Shown here: in pieces, positions 1 through 12,295 of the stretch
Layout: each line of letters opens with the position of its first letter
How positions within the stretch are numbered: the first letter of the stretch is position 1
Assembly (NCBI GenBank): GCA_951406725.2
Contig: OX597831.1
Span: forward strand, 65,782,001 to 65,846,000
Length of the DNA: 64,000 nucleotides
Direction: 5' to 3'
From: Octopus vulgaris
Lineage: Eukaryota
Notes under the pieces: model-generated
The model's database searches: none
Seen by the model: only the letters and a program-made list of their open reading frames with translations
What the model was told of the DNA's origin: nothing
Program-made: the position numbers and the translations under genes

Positions 1-342
1 TCAACAGATATCCTGGCCCTTTGTCATTTCTTCAGCGGGGATCAGAGTCCCAAAATTGGCCTTTTCATCCTTTCAATCTATGTCTTCTTGGATCTTCCTC
101 ATCTGCAAATTCCAGCCATGTTAAATGGTCAACACTTCCTTATACAGTAGTCCTCATCCACACGCAACATCATCATCATCATCATTATCATCGTTTAACG
201 TCCGTTTTCCATGCTAGCATGGGTTGGACGGTTCGACCGGGGTCTGGGAAGCCACAAGGCTGCACCAGGCTCCAGTCAGATCTAGCAGTGTTTCTACAGC
301 TGGATGTCCTTCCTAACGCCAACCACTCTGTGAGTGTAGTGG

Positions 343-636
343 GTGCTTTTTACGTGCCACCGGCACAGAAGCCAGTCAAGGTGGTGCTGGCATTGGCCTC
401 GTTCGGATGGTGCTTTTTACGTACCACCGGCACAGAAGCCAGTCAAGGTGGAGCTGGCATCGGCCTCGTTCGGGTGGTGCTTTTTACGTGCCACTGGCAC
501 AGAAGCCAGTCAAGGCGGTGCTGGCATCGGCCTCGTTCGGATGGTGCTTTTTTCGTGCCACCGGCACAGAAGCCAGTCAAGGCGGCGCTGGCATCGGCCT
601 CGTTCGGATGGTGCTTTTTGCGTGCCACTGGCACAG
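343..636. repeat. 67-bp tandem array (about 4.4 copies) inside the RTE 3'UTR
   Basis: GTGCTTTTT..GTGCCACCGGCAC module starts at 343, 410, 477, 544, 611. Confidence 0.9.
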
Positions 637-1440
637 GTATCGCAACTACTATTTCCATTTGATATTTATTTCGATGTTCATGTACTTGACACTCAATAGG
701 TCTCCTCAAGCACAGCAGGTTGTTCTGCAATCCAAGGTACTTTGAATGGGCTGGGGCTATGCGGAACTGGTGCAGGAAGCAGCCTGGGTCTTTGCAGTCA
801 CAGCATATCTCCAGAGATCTTGGTCCTTCGTCATTGCCTCTGTGAGGCCCAATGCTCGGAAGTCGTGCTTGACTACCTCATCCCATGTCTTCCTGGGTCT
901 ACCGCTCCCCTTGATACCTTAAACTGTTTGGGAGCGGCACTTACAATTTTCTTTCTTGCTCACTACATCAAATTTCTCCGATGCTGAATTTGTCTCTCAG
1001 CACATTTATATATACCTGCTTGCATTTGCACATCCAGGAGCATGCTTGCTTCATTTTTTGTCAGTCTTCTAATGTTCTCTGATTTTAGTGACCATGTCTC
1101 ACAACCATGCAACTTTGCAGTTCTATCTCAAGTATTATACAATCTGCCTTTCATTCTGTGGGGAAAGACCTTTGTTGCCAGCTGCTGTAATAGCTCCCAA
1201 AACTTTTCCTAACCTCTTCTTACTTTGACTGCTATACTTTCAGAACAATCACCTCCCTTGCTGACTACATCTCCAAGGTAGAAAAAGCTATCAATTATTT
1301 CTAGTAAGCAATCCAGGTATTCAAAGGAGTCTGTTTCTGGTTTGTTTGTAGAGTGTACCCCTCCAGTGCATCTATCAATTATGAAGTTTGTGTTCTCTGT
1401 TAGTCTACCTTTGATTTTGCTACATTGCTTGTGTATCAGT

Positions 1441-1720
1441 TGCTTGTTCCTCCTCGAGCTTCGCCTGGCTCATAAGGGCCGATCTTCCGGTTTCCTTGGC
1501 ATATAGATTCCCTACCTGGACGGGACGCCAGTCCGTCGCAGGTGAGCTGCAAGATGAAAGAGGAAAAAGAGAGAGCAGAAGTTCGCCATTACCTTCTGCC
1601 TGAGCCGCGTGGAGCTTAGGTGTTTTGCTCATAAACACACACATCGCCCAGTCTGAGATTCAAACCTGTGATCCCTCGACTGCAAGTCTGCTGCTCTAAC
1701 CACTAGGCCATGTGCCTCCA
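1441..1720 (-). mobile_element. tRNA-derived SINE, family A
   Basis: Head GGAGGCACATGGCCTAGTGGTTAGAGC (A box) and GGTTTGAATC (B box); near-identical copies at 7006, 9895, 48541, 51421. Confidence 0.9.
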
Positions 1721-1736
1721 CCAAAATTTAAATAAG

Positions 1737-1808
1737 TTCCCATGCTAGGAATCGAACCCGGGCCACCTGGGTGAGAGCCAGGAATCCCAACCACTAGACC
1801 AAATGGGA
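1737..1808 (-). tRNA. tRNA-Glu(CTC)-like copy, probably a pseudogene
   Basis: TCCCATT TG GTCTAGTGGTTGGGAT T CCTGG-CTCTCAC-CCAGG TGGC CCGGG-TTCGATT-CCTAG CATGGGA A; 72-nt cloverleaf with one acceptor-stem and one T-stem mismatch. Confidence 0.8.
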
Positions 1809-2201
1809 AATACTTTGTGTATTTGTAACTTACACTGAATACAGCATTTGGATTTTATACCTACACCTTTTTATGCATATTGAGCAAAGCCATTTCCTGC
1901 CTTCCTCCATACTTACTAAGACCTTCATTTTTATTAAGTTTACCTTAAGAGCTTTCAATTCTAGGCTTAGCTTCTATACCTAAAGTTTCCTCTCTGATTC
2001 CCCAGAGTCAGAGTTCCCCTGGACATCCATCTCAAACTTCTCTGTGGTGGCCTGCAGAACTATGATGAGTAGAAGAGATTGAGGACTGAGCTTTAACAAG
2101 CTCTAACACTCATGCTATATTCCTTACTGAGCTCATTGTTGACTGTCACTGTACTTCCTGTCTTTGTACATAGCTTGTACAGTTCTCAAACTATTTGTCA
2201 A

Positions 2202-2430
2202 GGCGGCGAGCTGGCAGAAACATTAGCATGCCGGGCGACATGCGTAGCCGTATTTCGTCTGCCGTTACATTCTGAGTTCAAATTCCGCCGAGGTCGATTT
2301 TGCCTTTCATCCTTTCAGGGTCGATAAATTAAGTACCAGTTACACATTGGGGTTGATGTAATCGACAATCCGTTTGTCTGTCCTTGTTTGTCCCCTCTAT
2401 GTTTAGCCCCTTGTGGGTAGTAAAGAAATA
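2202..2430 (+). mobile_element. SINE family D (Meta-domain-like core)
   Basis: Core TTTGCCTTTCATCCTTTCAGGGTCGATAAATTAAGTACCAG; 10-bp TSD TATTTGTCAA at 2192-2201 and 2431-2440. Confidence 0.85.
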
Positions 2431-2906
2431 TATTTGTCAATGCCTAATTTTCTTAGTTTAGTTACTGTAAGTAATACCCTGTCAAATGATTTCTCCAAGT
2501 TAGCAAAGGCCAGAAATTATGTTTACTCTTAATTAAGTATTCCTGCTGTTGCCTCACAAGAAAAATTGCATTTGTGACATCGCTTCCAGGTACAAAACCA
2601 AACTGTATCTCACCTAGGTCTATCCTATCATGAGCCAATTGTCTAATGACTCTTTCTGTGACCTTTAATACCTGATCCAGTAAATTTGATTCTCCAACAA
2701 CTACTTCTCTCTAATGTATCTCGTTTGCCTTTGTAGTTGTTTATGATGCTGCTGCTATGCCAGTCATTGGGTTTAACTCCTTGATTAACTATCCAAGTGG
2801 TGATCCCGAATATCCTTCCTCACTGGATATTTTGAACATGTACGTGAGCATATGTAATGTGTGTGTGTATATGTGTGTGCATAAATAGTATACATACATA
2901 TATATA

Positions 2907-3290
2907 GGCGCAGGAGTGGCTGTGTGGTAAGTAGCTTGCTTACCAACCACATGGTTCCGGGTTCAGTCCCACTGCGTGGCACATTGGGCAAGTGTCTTCT
3001 GCTATAGCCTCGAGCCAACCAAAGCCTTGTGAGTGGATTTGGTAGATGGAAACTGAAAGAAGCCTGTCGTGTATATGTATATATATATGTGTGTGTTTGT
3101 GTGTCTGTGTTTGTCCTCCCAACATCGCTTGACAACCGATGCTGGTGTGTTCATGTCCCCGTAACTTAGCGGTTCGGCAAAAAGAGACCAATAGAATAAG
3201 CACTAGGCTTACAAAGAATAAGTCCTGGGGTCGATTTGCTCGACTAAAGGCGGCAGTCAAATGACAAACAAGTAAAAGAGTAAAAGAAAA
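2907..3290 (+). mobile_element. tRNA-derived SINE family B (CORE-like TTGGGCAAGTG, internal TA/TG microsatellite)
   Basis: Head GGCGCAGGAGTGGCTGTGTGGTAAG...GGTTCAGTCCC; more than 10 copies in the window. Confidence 0.9.
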
Positions 3291-3291
3291 G

Positions 3292-3326
<35 letters not shown>

Positions 3327-5672
3327 ATACTTATCATCATCATCATCATCATTTAATGTCCACTTTCCCATGCCTGTATGGGTCAGATGGAATTTGTTGA
3401 TGCAGGTTTTTCTATGATCAGATACCCTTCCAGTTACCATCCCTTGTCTGTTTTGAAGCAAGGTAATATTTTTTCCGAAATTAGACATATTTTCACAGAA
3501 GACTAGAAACAACCGATCTAGCTTCCATGCTAAGGAGGCTCATTTACAGCTATCATGTGATGTCCAGGCAAGAGAACATACAAATATACATAATATAAAA
3601 AGAGAGGGAGAGATAGATAGAGAGAGAGAGAGAACTGGGTCCTTTCAGTTTCTATTTACCAAATCCACTCACAAGGCTTTATTAGCCAGGAGCTATAAGA
3701 AAAGATACTTGCCTAAGGTGCTACTTAGTTGGGAAGCAAGCTTCTGTACACAGTCCCGCCTGCACTTGCTCTGTGTGTGTGTGTGTGTGTGCGTTCGCGT
3801 GTACAAGTGAAAGCTGGAAATATTTTGGTGTTGATCAGTAAATTATAAAATTACACAAATCTTTTCTTTTTCTTAAACAAAAATTGTCAAAATACAGTCC
3901 ACAAGACGGGAACAATACATGTAAAATGTTTGCATACGTTCGATTCTCTCCTTAAGCAGTCAAAAAGGCGAGTATTAACTCGGAAGATAATAAAAGAAAC
4001 AAAACATCTTTAATATGGATACATTGGACGATGTATTAAGGGAAATAACTCTAAATATTATCCAAGACTTTTCCCCCTTCCAACAACAGATTTGTGTCGT
4101 TAGCATATTAATTAAGATAAGTGTAAGTGGAAATAAAGAATTGGGAGAACGACAAAATCCATTTCTATCAAACAGCAACACACATAAAAACAATTCCTTT
4201 ATAATTACGTCCTTAAAGTCTCCTAAGTCGAGTCTCCAAAGTATTAGATATCCGATTAAATCCATTATTGGTGATATTGACTGTATTTTGTTTATTTCCA
4301 GCAAAAATATTTCCAGAAAAGATAGCAAGCAAGCAGCTGTAGTTTTGAGCGTATCTATTTACTTCCCTTCCTTAGAGATCTCTCCATTTTAATAAAAGAA
4401 TAGAAAGAAAGAAACAAAATGCCTTTCTTTAAACATATTTAGCTGCTATTTTAAATTGAAGTAAATTCAAATTTGGGCAATTAGGCCAGCAATTTTTAAT
4501 GGGAGGGTAAGTTGATTACATTGACCATCAGTTGCTACTTTATTTTCTCAGCCTCAAAAGAATGGAAGGCAAAGGTGTATTTGAACTCTAGTGTAAAAGA
4601 GCCAGAAGAACTACCACTTACCATTTTGACCGACTCCTAATCCTAAATCCTTGAGCTCAGCTGCCTTCAATTTAAGTGAAATATAAAATCAGCAACAACC
4701 CTGTATCACATTGTAAGGAATTCATTAACACTTATGAGAAAAATATTGGTAAAATCTTTCTCTCAGGTCCCTTGGCAGATTATATTTCATATTAAAGATA
4801 TTTTATAGGCTGTGGATTCTGATCTAAATCCTGACATTACATACTTTGCTTTCCATTCTTCTGACCTAAAGTACCAGTAATGCACACAGGTTGATTATTT
4901 AGCTATACTCTCATCCTCAAAGTGAATGGCTTTGTACTGCTGTTATTATCCAACGGACAATAGACACCTGCTTTTCACCTTTCTGAAATACAGTTCTAGT
5001 CATGCACTGCAATCACCTAAATTGACTGTCCTCGAGTCAGAATTGTGGAAATTTCACTACATCCTCTCACAAAGTGCATTGTCTTGTAACATAATAAGAA
5101 ATCAATATTATGAAGGATATGAAAAATGGTAGAAGAGCAGATCAGTAGAGTACCCAGTCAAAATAACATGGACTAGATTCGGAAACTGGCAAAGGTTCAC
5201 TTAGTCTTTTATTACCCCCAAAACAGTATGATAAGTACCAATAGTATAACTGGCAATGATTCAATCATTTATACTCTTCTCTCTACAAATCTATGGCATT
5301 GCGCCATTGTTTGAGATCAATATTATTATTGTCAACACTTCAGATGATGAAGGAGTTAGCACTTTTCCTTAAATTAATATCAAATTATCGACTGTGCTCC
5401 CTTCCTCTATCCATATTACGGGTCTATCAAAGTTTCTACATTAACTTCTACTTTAAGAAATCAATTCTTACATTTGAGATGCTATAAAATTTAATTTTTG
5501 TTTTCTCAAAACTTCTTTGAAGTTACAAAGTTTGTCTAATGAAATATTTCTGCAAAACACAATAAAAAGCATTTTTCAAAATTATTCAAATGAACTTTGA
5601 ATTTGTTCTTTGCTCATTCCAGCATTACACACATTTCTGATAAAATCTATTTATGCTCTACAATACCTTATA

Positions 5673-5925
5673 TAATGAAATTATTGTATACAGTGCTCAG
5701 GTGCACCACAACTTGTCAAATGTGCATATAAAGTATATGCAGTAATGCACAAATGTCTGGAAAGCGAACAGTGAATGAGTGAGATACATGCTTGCGTGTG
5801 TATGGAGGGGAGAAAATCAGGTGTAGTGTTGGCGTATCTCAGGAAGCATGGAAGTTCTGAAGGATGCAGTGCTCCGACAACTAACAACTGATGCCGGCAG
5901 TCTGTTCCATGCTTCAGCAACTCTT
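5673..5925 (-). mobile_element. 3' end of a CR1/L2-group LINE
   Basis: Minus frame VAEAWNRLPASVVSCRSTASFRTSMLPEIRQHYT* (WNxLP motif) followed by a short 3'UTR. Confidence 0.75.
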
Positions 5926-6155
5926 ACTTACTTTCAGGACATCAGATATTTAGTACGATCACCATGAACTCCATGTTTCCAAACATGACCTTGATATTAT
6001 TGAATCATAGAACTATCAAAGAACACGGGAGATGACCTCCAGTAGGTGTTATTCAGGTGTCATTGTCATATGTTTCATCTATTCACAAGCTTATGATGTT
6101 TAGAGTAAAACAGCTCATCATTTTGTCATAACTGATATATGTTAAACATTTTCTT

Positions 6156-6567
6156 GGATCTTTTCGATTTGAACGGCAGTTTTTTACATAATTTCTAGGT
6201 AACTAAAAAATTTTAAACTTCGTATACTGGTAGAATGTGTTTATAAAACATATTTTTCTCTTGGCTTTATCGAGAAAATTCTATAGTTTGTAAGATATTT
6301 GTTGTTGTTTTTCTTCAATTTCTGCAATTTCAACCAATCACTGACGTCCATTGAGGCAAAAAAACATTCTGTGCCGCATGAATATGTCCCTCGTTTAAGA
6401 AACAGAATAGGTTTATTTACATTTGTGAAGAAAAAAAGATACCCTTCCCCCCACTCCTAACCCTAAAACAGATTGAAATGCAATAGATCGATACTAGGGT
6501 CATAATTATGGGTAACAATTTCATATGACACCGCTAGAAAAAACTGCCGTTCAAACCGAAAAGATCC
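6156..6567. mobile_element. MITE with GGATC...GATCC TIRs and 8-bp TSD
   Basis: About 29-bp TIR GGATCTTTTCGATTTGAACGGCAGTTTTT; TSD ATTTTCTT on both sides; internal CCTAACCCTAA. Confidence 0.9.
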
Positions 6568-7005
6568 ATTTTCTTTGCTAGTGTTTCAGCTAAATGTGAA
6601 GATTGGAAGAAACAGTAGAGCATCTGACAAAATACCTTACAGTATTCAGATAAGTTCTTTTATATTCTGAGTTCAAATCCTTCATGTTGGGAATGTCAAT
6701 GAAATGAGTACTGGTTAAATACTGAGGGTTGATATAATTGATTCTATTCCATCATCAATTTTGTGGCCTTTGTGCTATATGAGAAATCCTTATTATAGTT
6801 ATATGTGTCTACTTACAGTCGCTGATTTATTGCTAATTGTTGAACTTTCTATGTTCTAATGATATTCTTTTATACCTAGCCTACCCAAATTGTACGTCTT
6901 CATTTCATTGAAGATCAGAGATCACTTGTAATGAGACAAGTCCCACTACCAGTTTTGATTAGAAAGTGGAGTTAAAAGATTCCTCAAACATCTGATATCT
7001 AGATG

Positions 7006-7303
7006 TTTGTCCCTTCTCGAGCCATACCTGGCTCATAAGGGTGGTTTCCTGGTTTCTTGGCATATAGGTTCCCTACCTGGACGGGAAATTGGTCTGTCAC
7101 AGGTGAGCTGCAAGATTCAGGAGGAAAGAGTGAGAGGAATTTGTGGCGAAAGAGTCAGCAGAAGTTTCGCCATTACCTTCTGCCGGAGCCGTGTGGAGTT
7201 TAGGTGTTTCGCTCATAAACACACACATCGCCCGGTCTGAGATTCAAACCCGCGATCCCTCGACCGCAAGTCTGCTGCTCTAACCACTAGGCCATGTGCC
7301 TCC
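7006..7303 (-). mobile_element. SINE family A
   Basis: Matches the 1441 copy; TSD ACATCTGATATCTAGATG at 6988-7005 and 7304-7321. Confidence 0.9.
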
Positions 7304-7534
7304 ACATCTGATATCTAGATGGTTATCATCAGTTGGACTCATACTACCACCAATTTTGGGGACAAAGTCTGCTGAATGGTCAAATGTAATTTCTATGTTT
7401 CTTTTTGGAGTTTCTGTAATAATATGTACCTTTCACAAAGTGTCATAGTTAATATTAGAGAACTGCTAATCTAGAACACTGCTTTATTGTAAAGTTTCAA
7501 CTGTGAATTATTCTAAAGTTGTTACAGAGAATAA

Positions 7535-7818
7535 CAAATATATGGGAAACTACCACCTGTATCATCTCTTGTGAAAGGTAGAAGAGTCCAGTTTGCTGGA
7601 CATTGTTGTAGAGCTGAAAACGAGGTAATTTCTGCTCTTCTCCTCTGGAAGCCATCTACTCGCGATACCAGAGGGCATACACTCTCCTACCCTGATGTAA
7701 TCTCCAGAGATACAGGCATCCAGCAACAGGGCCTCCGTAATGCTATGATGGACCGTGAAGTCTGGCGTAGCATAGTAAATTCCATTGTCTTGACCACGGT
7801 CGAACAATGATGATGATG
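7535..7818 (+). mobile_element. 5'-truncated RTE-X-like LINE 3' end
   Basis: KGRRVQFAGHCCRAENE...MMDREVWR, (TGA)n tail, TSD ACAGAGAATAA at 7524-7534 and 7819-7829. Confidence 0.8.
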
Positions 7819-8279
7819 ACAGAGAATAAACATAAAAATTACAGTAAAGAAATTAGTGAATTAAAGTTTTCCTTTTTGGATAAAAGCTTACAGAAAAGTG
7901 ACAACAACAAAATTAACTTGACCTTAAGCCTAAGCCGATGACTTTTAATCTATTTTTATAAACGTTGCTAAATGCAGTTTCTCCATAGCCAGAGGTAGTG
8001 TTGTTCGCAGAATTGACAATGAATTAATGACCTGGAATTATTGATTTTGGTTTCACATGGATTGTTTTTTCAACTATGTAAATTAATGTTTATGTTGTGG
8101 TAGAAAAAATTGTTAGTTCAGAAAGATTCTTCTATTAAGAATCTCTATCAGATTCTGATTAAATATTTGGAGGGTTTTCATACTTCTTCAAGTTGTTGCA
8201 ACCAAGATGGGTCTTACAATGCAGTGCCAAAAATATCTGAAACCCATTAGCTTTGCTAGATCTTCAATTTCATGTTGTT

Positions 8280-8665
8280 GAATGACCAGAAGAGAATTAA
8301 TGCATTCGAGCTTTGGTATTGGAGAAGACTTTTACGGATTCCATGGACAGCGAGGCTCACCAATGGAGAAGTTCTTAAGCAGATCAGGCCGAAAATGTCG
8401 CTAGAAGCTAGGATCACCAAGCATCGATTGGCATATTTCGGTCATATTATGCAGAGAAAATCCCTGGAGAAGGACATCATGCTCGGAATGGTCAGTGGCA
8501 AGAGAGGAAGAGGCCGACCAAGAACCTGCTGGCTTGACACCATCAAGAGGGATACCAGAATGGACATAGCCAATCTGAAGAAGCGGCCCAGGATAGAACT
8601 GACTGGAGGACACTGATCCAATGAATGACTGAGAGTCGACTTCGACTGAGCGGATAGATAGATAG
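8280..8665 (+). mobile_element. RTE (BovB-like) LINE 3' fragment
   Basis: KRINAFELWYWRRLLRIPWTAR...RLAYFGHIM...GKRGRGRPRTCWLD; terminal GAGTCGACTTCGACTGAG and (GATA)n tail. Confidence 0.85.
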
Positions 8666-8990
8666 AGTGATCTTCATCCTCTGTTAGCATATGAAAGTTT
8701 CTAAACTATTCCATCTGATTTAGCCTGTTGTTTAGCATGGTATCCAATTGAATTATGATTTGCCAAATGAGGTTGTCAAAGCCAAGACCATCACATGAAA
8801 GCCCAACAAGCTTTGAGCAAAGCACAGATGATTCGATTAAGATATGTCCAGCAACCATAGGAATCCTACAGGAATACATAAGAGCTCCTTTTTCCCTTGT
8901 GATTGTAGTGAACTGCATCCTTAGGCAAGGCCTTAATCCCACCCAAGGTTTCACTATTAAGCAGAAACAATCAAGATGTTAGCAAAGTAT

Positions 8991-9660
8991 GTCGTCGGCA
9001 TCCGTCCGTCTCGAGAGACGATGGTGTAGCTCGGAAAAGGTGGTGGGGTTATCTGCACTTCCTGGTGTGGAAGTGCAGACCAATCCTCTCCGGTCCTCTT
9101 CCTGTTGAGCTACAAGGCCTGGGTAGGTTTGTATGAGGGATCAGCTGTTGCCCATGCAGTTTGATCCCCCCCTCTCCACGTAGCTGGTAACTCCAAGGGA
9201 ACAACGGGTCAATACAGCTAGGAGAGGGAAACTCCGATTTCAAACCTCCGCTGCCTTGCGGTAAAACCCCCTCCTGGGGAAGGCTAAGGGAGTAAACCCC
9301 TACAGAAAATCCAGAGCTGGAGTCCCTAAGGTGGCCTGACACAACACGTCATCACCGGCAACTCCTGCGACGCATCTGGTACCAAGCTGTATTGACCCGT
9401 CGTTCCCTTGGAGCTAGCAAAGTACGTACCTCTTTAATAGAGATGCCACTGACAATCTTGCCCTCACAATTCATTAACTGTGTGATGTGCAAGTACTCGT
9501 TATCAACCCTTGCAGCTAAAGTTTCTCTGTTTCTCAATGCAACAGATACTGGATACATGAACAACAATGAAAATATAAACTCCCTGCAAATTTGCTGTAA
9601 TGATGGCTCACATCTCAAGGAGGTCAGGGACTTCAAGTTCCAGACACACAAGTGACAAAT
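8991..9660 (+). mobile_element. GC-rich RTE-type 5'UTR-like segment followed by a decayed RT fragment
   Basis: GGAGAGGGAAACTCCGATTTCAAACC motif resembling RTE 5'UTRs; then AAKVSLFLNATDTGYM...HLKEVRDFKF resembling the RT C-terminus. Confidence 0.5.
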
Positions 9661-9894
9661 CTGAAACACCTATAACAACCCTAAAGTACCTGCAACAAGC
9701 TTCACAATATCAGGTAGTCAGGTATTTCCACGTCAACTATGCTGATCTTCCTAAGAACATATGTAAAGAACATTTTTCTTTCAGGGGCCCAAACCTGGAC
9801 CATGAGGAAAGAGCTTCATGATTGCCTTGATGTACGTACGCTAGGCCTTTCATGAGGGCTGGAACATCTCTTGGCATCAGTGTAAAACCAAGGT

Positions 9895-10195
9895 TGTTTG
9901 TTCCTTCTCGAGCCATGCCTGGCTCATAAGGGCCGGTTTCCTGGTTTCATGGCATATAGGTTCCCCACCTGGATGGGACGCCGGTCTGTCACAGGTGAGC
10001 TGCAAGATGCAGGAGGAAAGAGTGAGAGAAAGTTGTGGCGAAAGAGTCAGCAGAGGTTCGCCATTATCTTCTGCTGGAGCCGCGTGAAGCTTAGGTGTTT
10101 CACTCATAAACATACACACCGCCCAGTCTGAGATTCGAACCCGTGATCCCTCGACCACGAGTCTGCTGCTCTAACCACTAGGCTATGTGCCTCCA
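9895..10195 (-). mobile_element. SINE family A
   Basis: Full-length match to the other family A copies. Confidence 0.9.
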
Positions 10196-10869
10196 CAGTA
10201 AAAACAAGGTGAACACTTATGGACATATTATACCAATCTCTACGATTGTTACTCAATGCAGGACAGGCTTTGCTGACCACTGCTATCTTACTGACCAACA
10301 GACCACATTAGATTTTATATTGTAGAGACTTTTAAAGACCAGTTTCCTTGATGATATTGGCAGAGACACACATGAAATAGAGGACCTACCAAAGTTGAAG
10401 CGGCTAAGAAATTCTTAACACAGTTGGATATAATTGTTCTTAGGTTTGACAGCTTGAAGAAGGAAACTTGTGACAATTGGTCTCAGATATACACCTTTGA
10501 AATTCTCCAATGACTTAAAAGTTTGATATTAGCAGATATTAAATATTGAATGTGATGTTGACATTGAAATGGAGTAGTATTTTCATAAAATTATGGTTCC
10601 TTCAGCTCTATTTTGAAATTAGTTTATTATTGATGATATCCTTTCTAATTCTGTCAATATATTCTCATGGTGTATTTCAAGGTTCAATTTTGGAGTCCTT
10701 CATTAAATAGAGCAAGGTTTTATAATAACTAATCATGAGAGCATCTGTGTAGGATTAACAGGGAGTTGAAATACTTATTTTCTTTTATTTGATGTAACCA
10801 AAAAACTAAAAGAAAAAGGCATGTTTATATTTAAACCAGCCATTTGTACAGACAGTAGAGAGCTAAGAG

Positions 10870-11308
10870 TACCATACGAGCGTGATCATTGCCAGAGCAA
10901 CAAGCTGGCCTCCGTGCCGATGGCATGTAAAAAAGCACCATTCGAGCATGATCGTTGCCTATGTCGCCTTACTGGCACATGTGCTGGTGGCACATGAAAA
11001 AACATTCGAATGATGTTGTTGCCAGTACCGCTGGACTGGCTCCTGTGCAGGTGGCACATAAAGAGCACCATTTGAGTGTGGCCACTGCCAGTACCGCCTG
11101 ACTGGCCCTCGTGCCGGTGGCACATAAAAGCACCCACTACACTCTCGGAGTGGTTGGCGTTAGGAAGGGCATCCAGCCGTAGAAACTCTGCCAGATCAGA
11201 TTGGAGTCTGGTGCAGCCATCTGGTTTGCCAGACCTCAGTCAAATCGTCCAACCAATGCTAGCATGGAAAGCAGACGTTAAACGACGATGACAACGACGA
11301 CGACGATG
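10870..11308 (+). mobile_element. RTE 3'UTR/tail-derived repeat (family C)
   Basis: ...GCTAGCATGGAAAGCAGACGTTAAACGACGATGAC tail with internal GTGCCGGTGGCAC modules. Confidence 0.8.
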
Positions 11309-11924
11309 TAAAAAGGAATAAAAATGTGAGCAAGCAGTGAGACTTGGACCTATATCTTATTACTTTAGTGTAATTACCAATAAGTTATGAGTCCCTACTT
11401 TTTACACTGAGGTTGTTTGAGAACTTTTATTAATCTTTGCACATGCACAATTTGTATATATGGCAATATGTTACATCTGGCATTTTGATTGAAACTGTAC
11501 TGAATCTCTACATATGTTAGATTTAACGTAATCACTGAAAACAACATTGCAAGATTTCTTTGAAGACACTAACCGAAGTAATTAAACTGGCGCTACAGCA
11601 ATGGAATATTCTTAGCCATCCTTTCATAATCCCATAATTTTTTTATACACATTAATTTGTTGAAATGTAAATAGGTACTTACTGTTCAATTCTCTTTTTT
11701 TTTTTTTAATAAATTTAATTTAACATCAAATAAATAAAAAACGCAAGTCTTTCCAAAACTTGTTTTTTTTTTTTAAACTAAAAATGCTAATTTTATAATT
11801 TGCAGTTGTACATTTTCGGGCAATGTATATATATGCATAAAAATTTTCACAGCCACTATTTGCTATCTTAGAAAATTCTCTCTGTCCAACCCATGCCGAC
11901 ATGGAAAGCATATGTAAATTGATA

Positions 11925-12295
11925 ACAATGATGAAGATGCTAATGATAGTGGTAGTGGTGGTAGTGGTGGTGATGATGATGAGGAGGAGGAGGAGGAAGA
12001 TGATGATGATGAGGAGAAAGAGGAAGAGGAGGAGGAGGAAGATGATGATGATTATGATGAGGAAGAGGAAGATATGATGATGATGGTGATGATGATGAGA
12101 AGGATGATGATGAGGATGAGGAGGAGGAGGAGGATATGATGATGATGAGGAGGAGGAGAAGGAGGATATGATGATGATGATGATGATGAGGGGGGTATAT
12201 GATGAGATGATGATGAGGAGGACGAAGAGGATATGATGAGATGGTTATGATGAGGAGGAGGATATGATATGATGATGATGATGATGATGATGATT
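11925..12295. repeat. Compound (GAT)/(GAG) microsatellite
   Basis: Direct inspection. Confidence 0.95.

Larger units (their letters stand above)
167..2810 (-). mobile_element. Decayed RTE-clade LINE (RT, PHD-like remnant, 3'UTR, (GAT)n tail) interrupted by SINE/tRNA insertions
   Basis: Minus-strand translation near 2560-2625 gives IDLGEIQFGFVPGSDVTNAIFLVRQQQEY (RT QFGF motif); YLGDV near 1270; tail CATCATCAT at 167-190; many stops and frameshifts. Confidence 0.8.

Noticed and set aside
21-745. 213-aa and overlapping ORFs
   Set aside because: Antisense reading of the RTE 3'UTR 67-bp array
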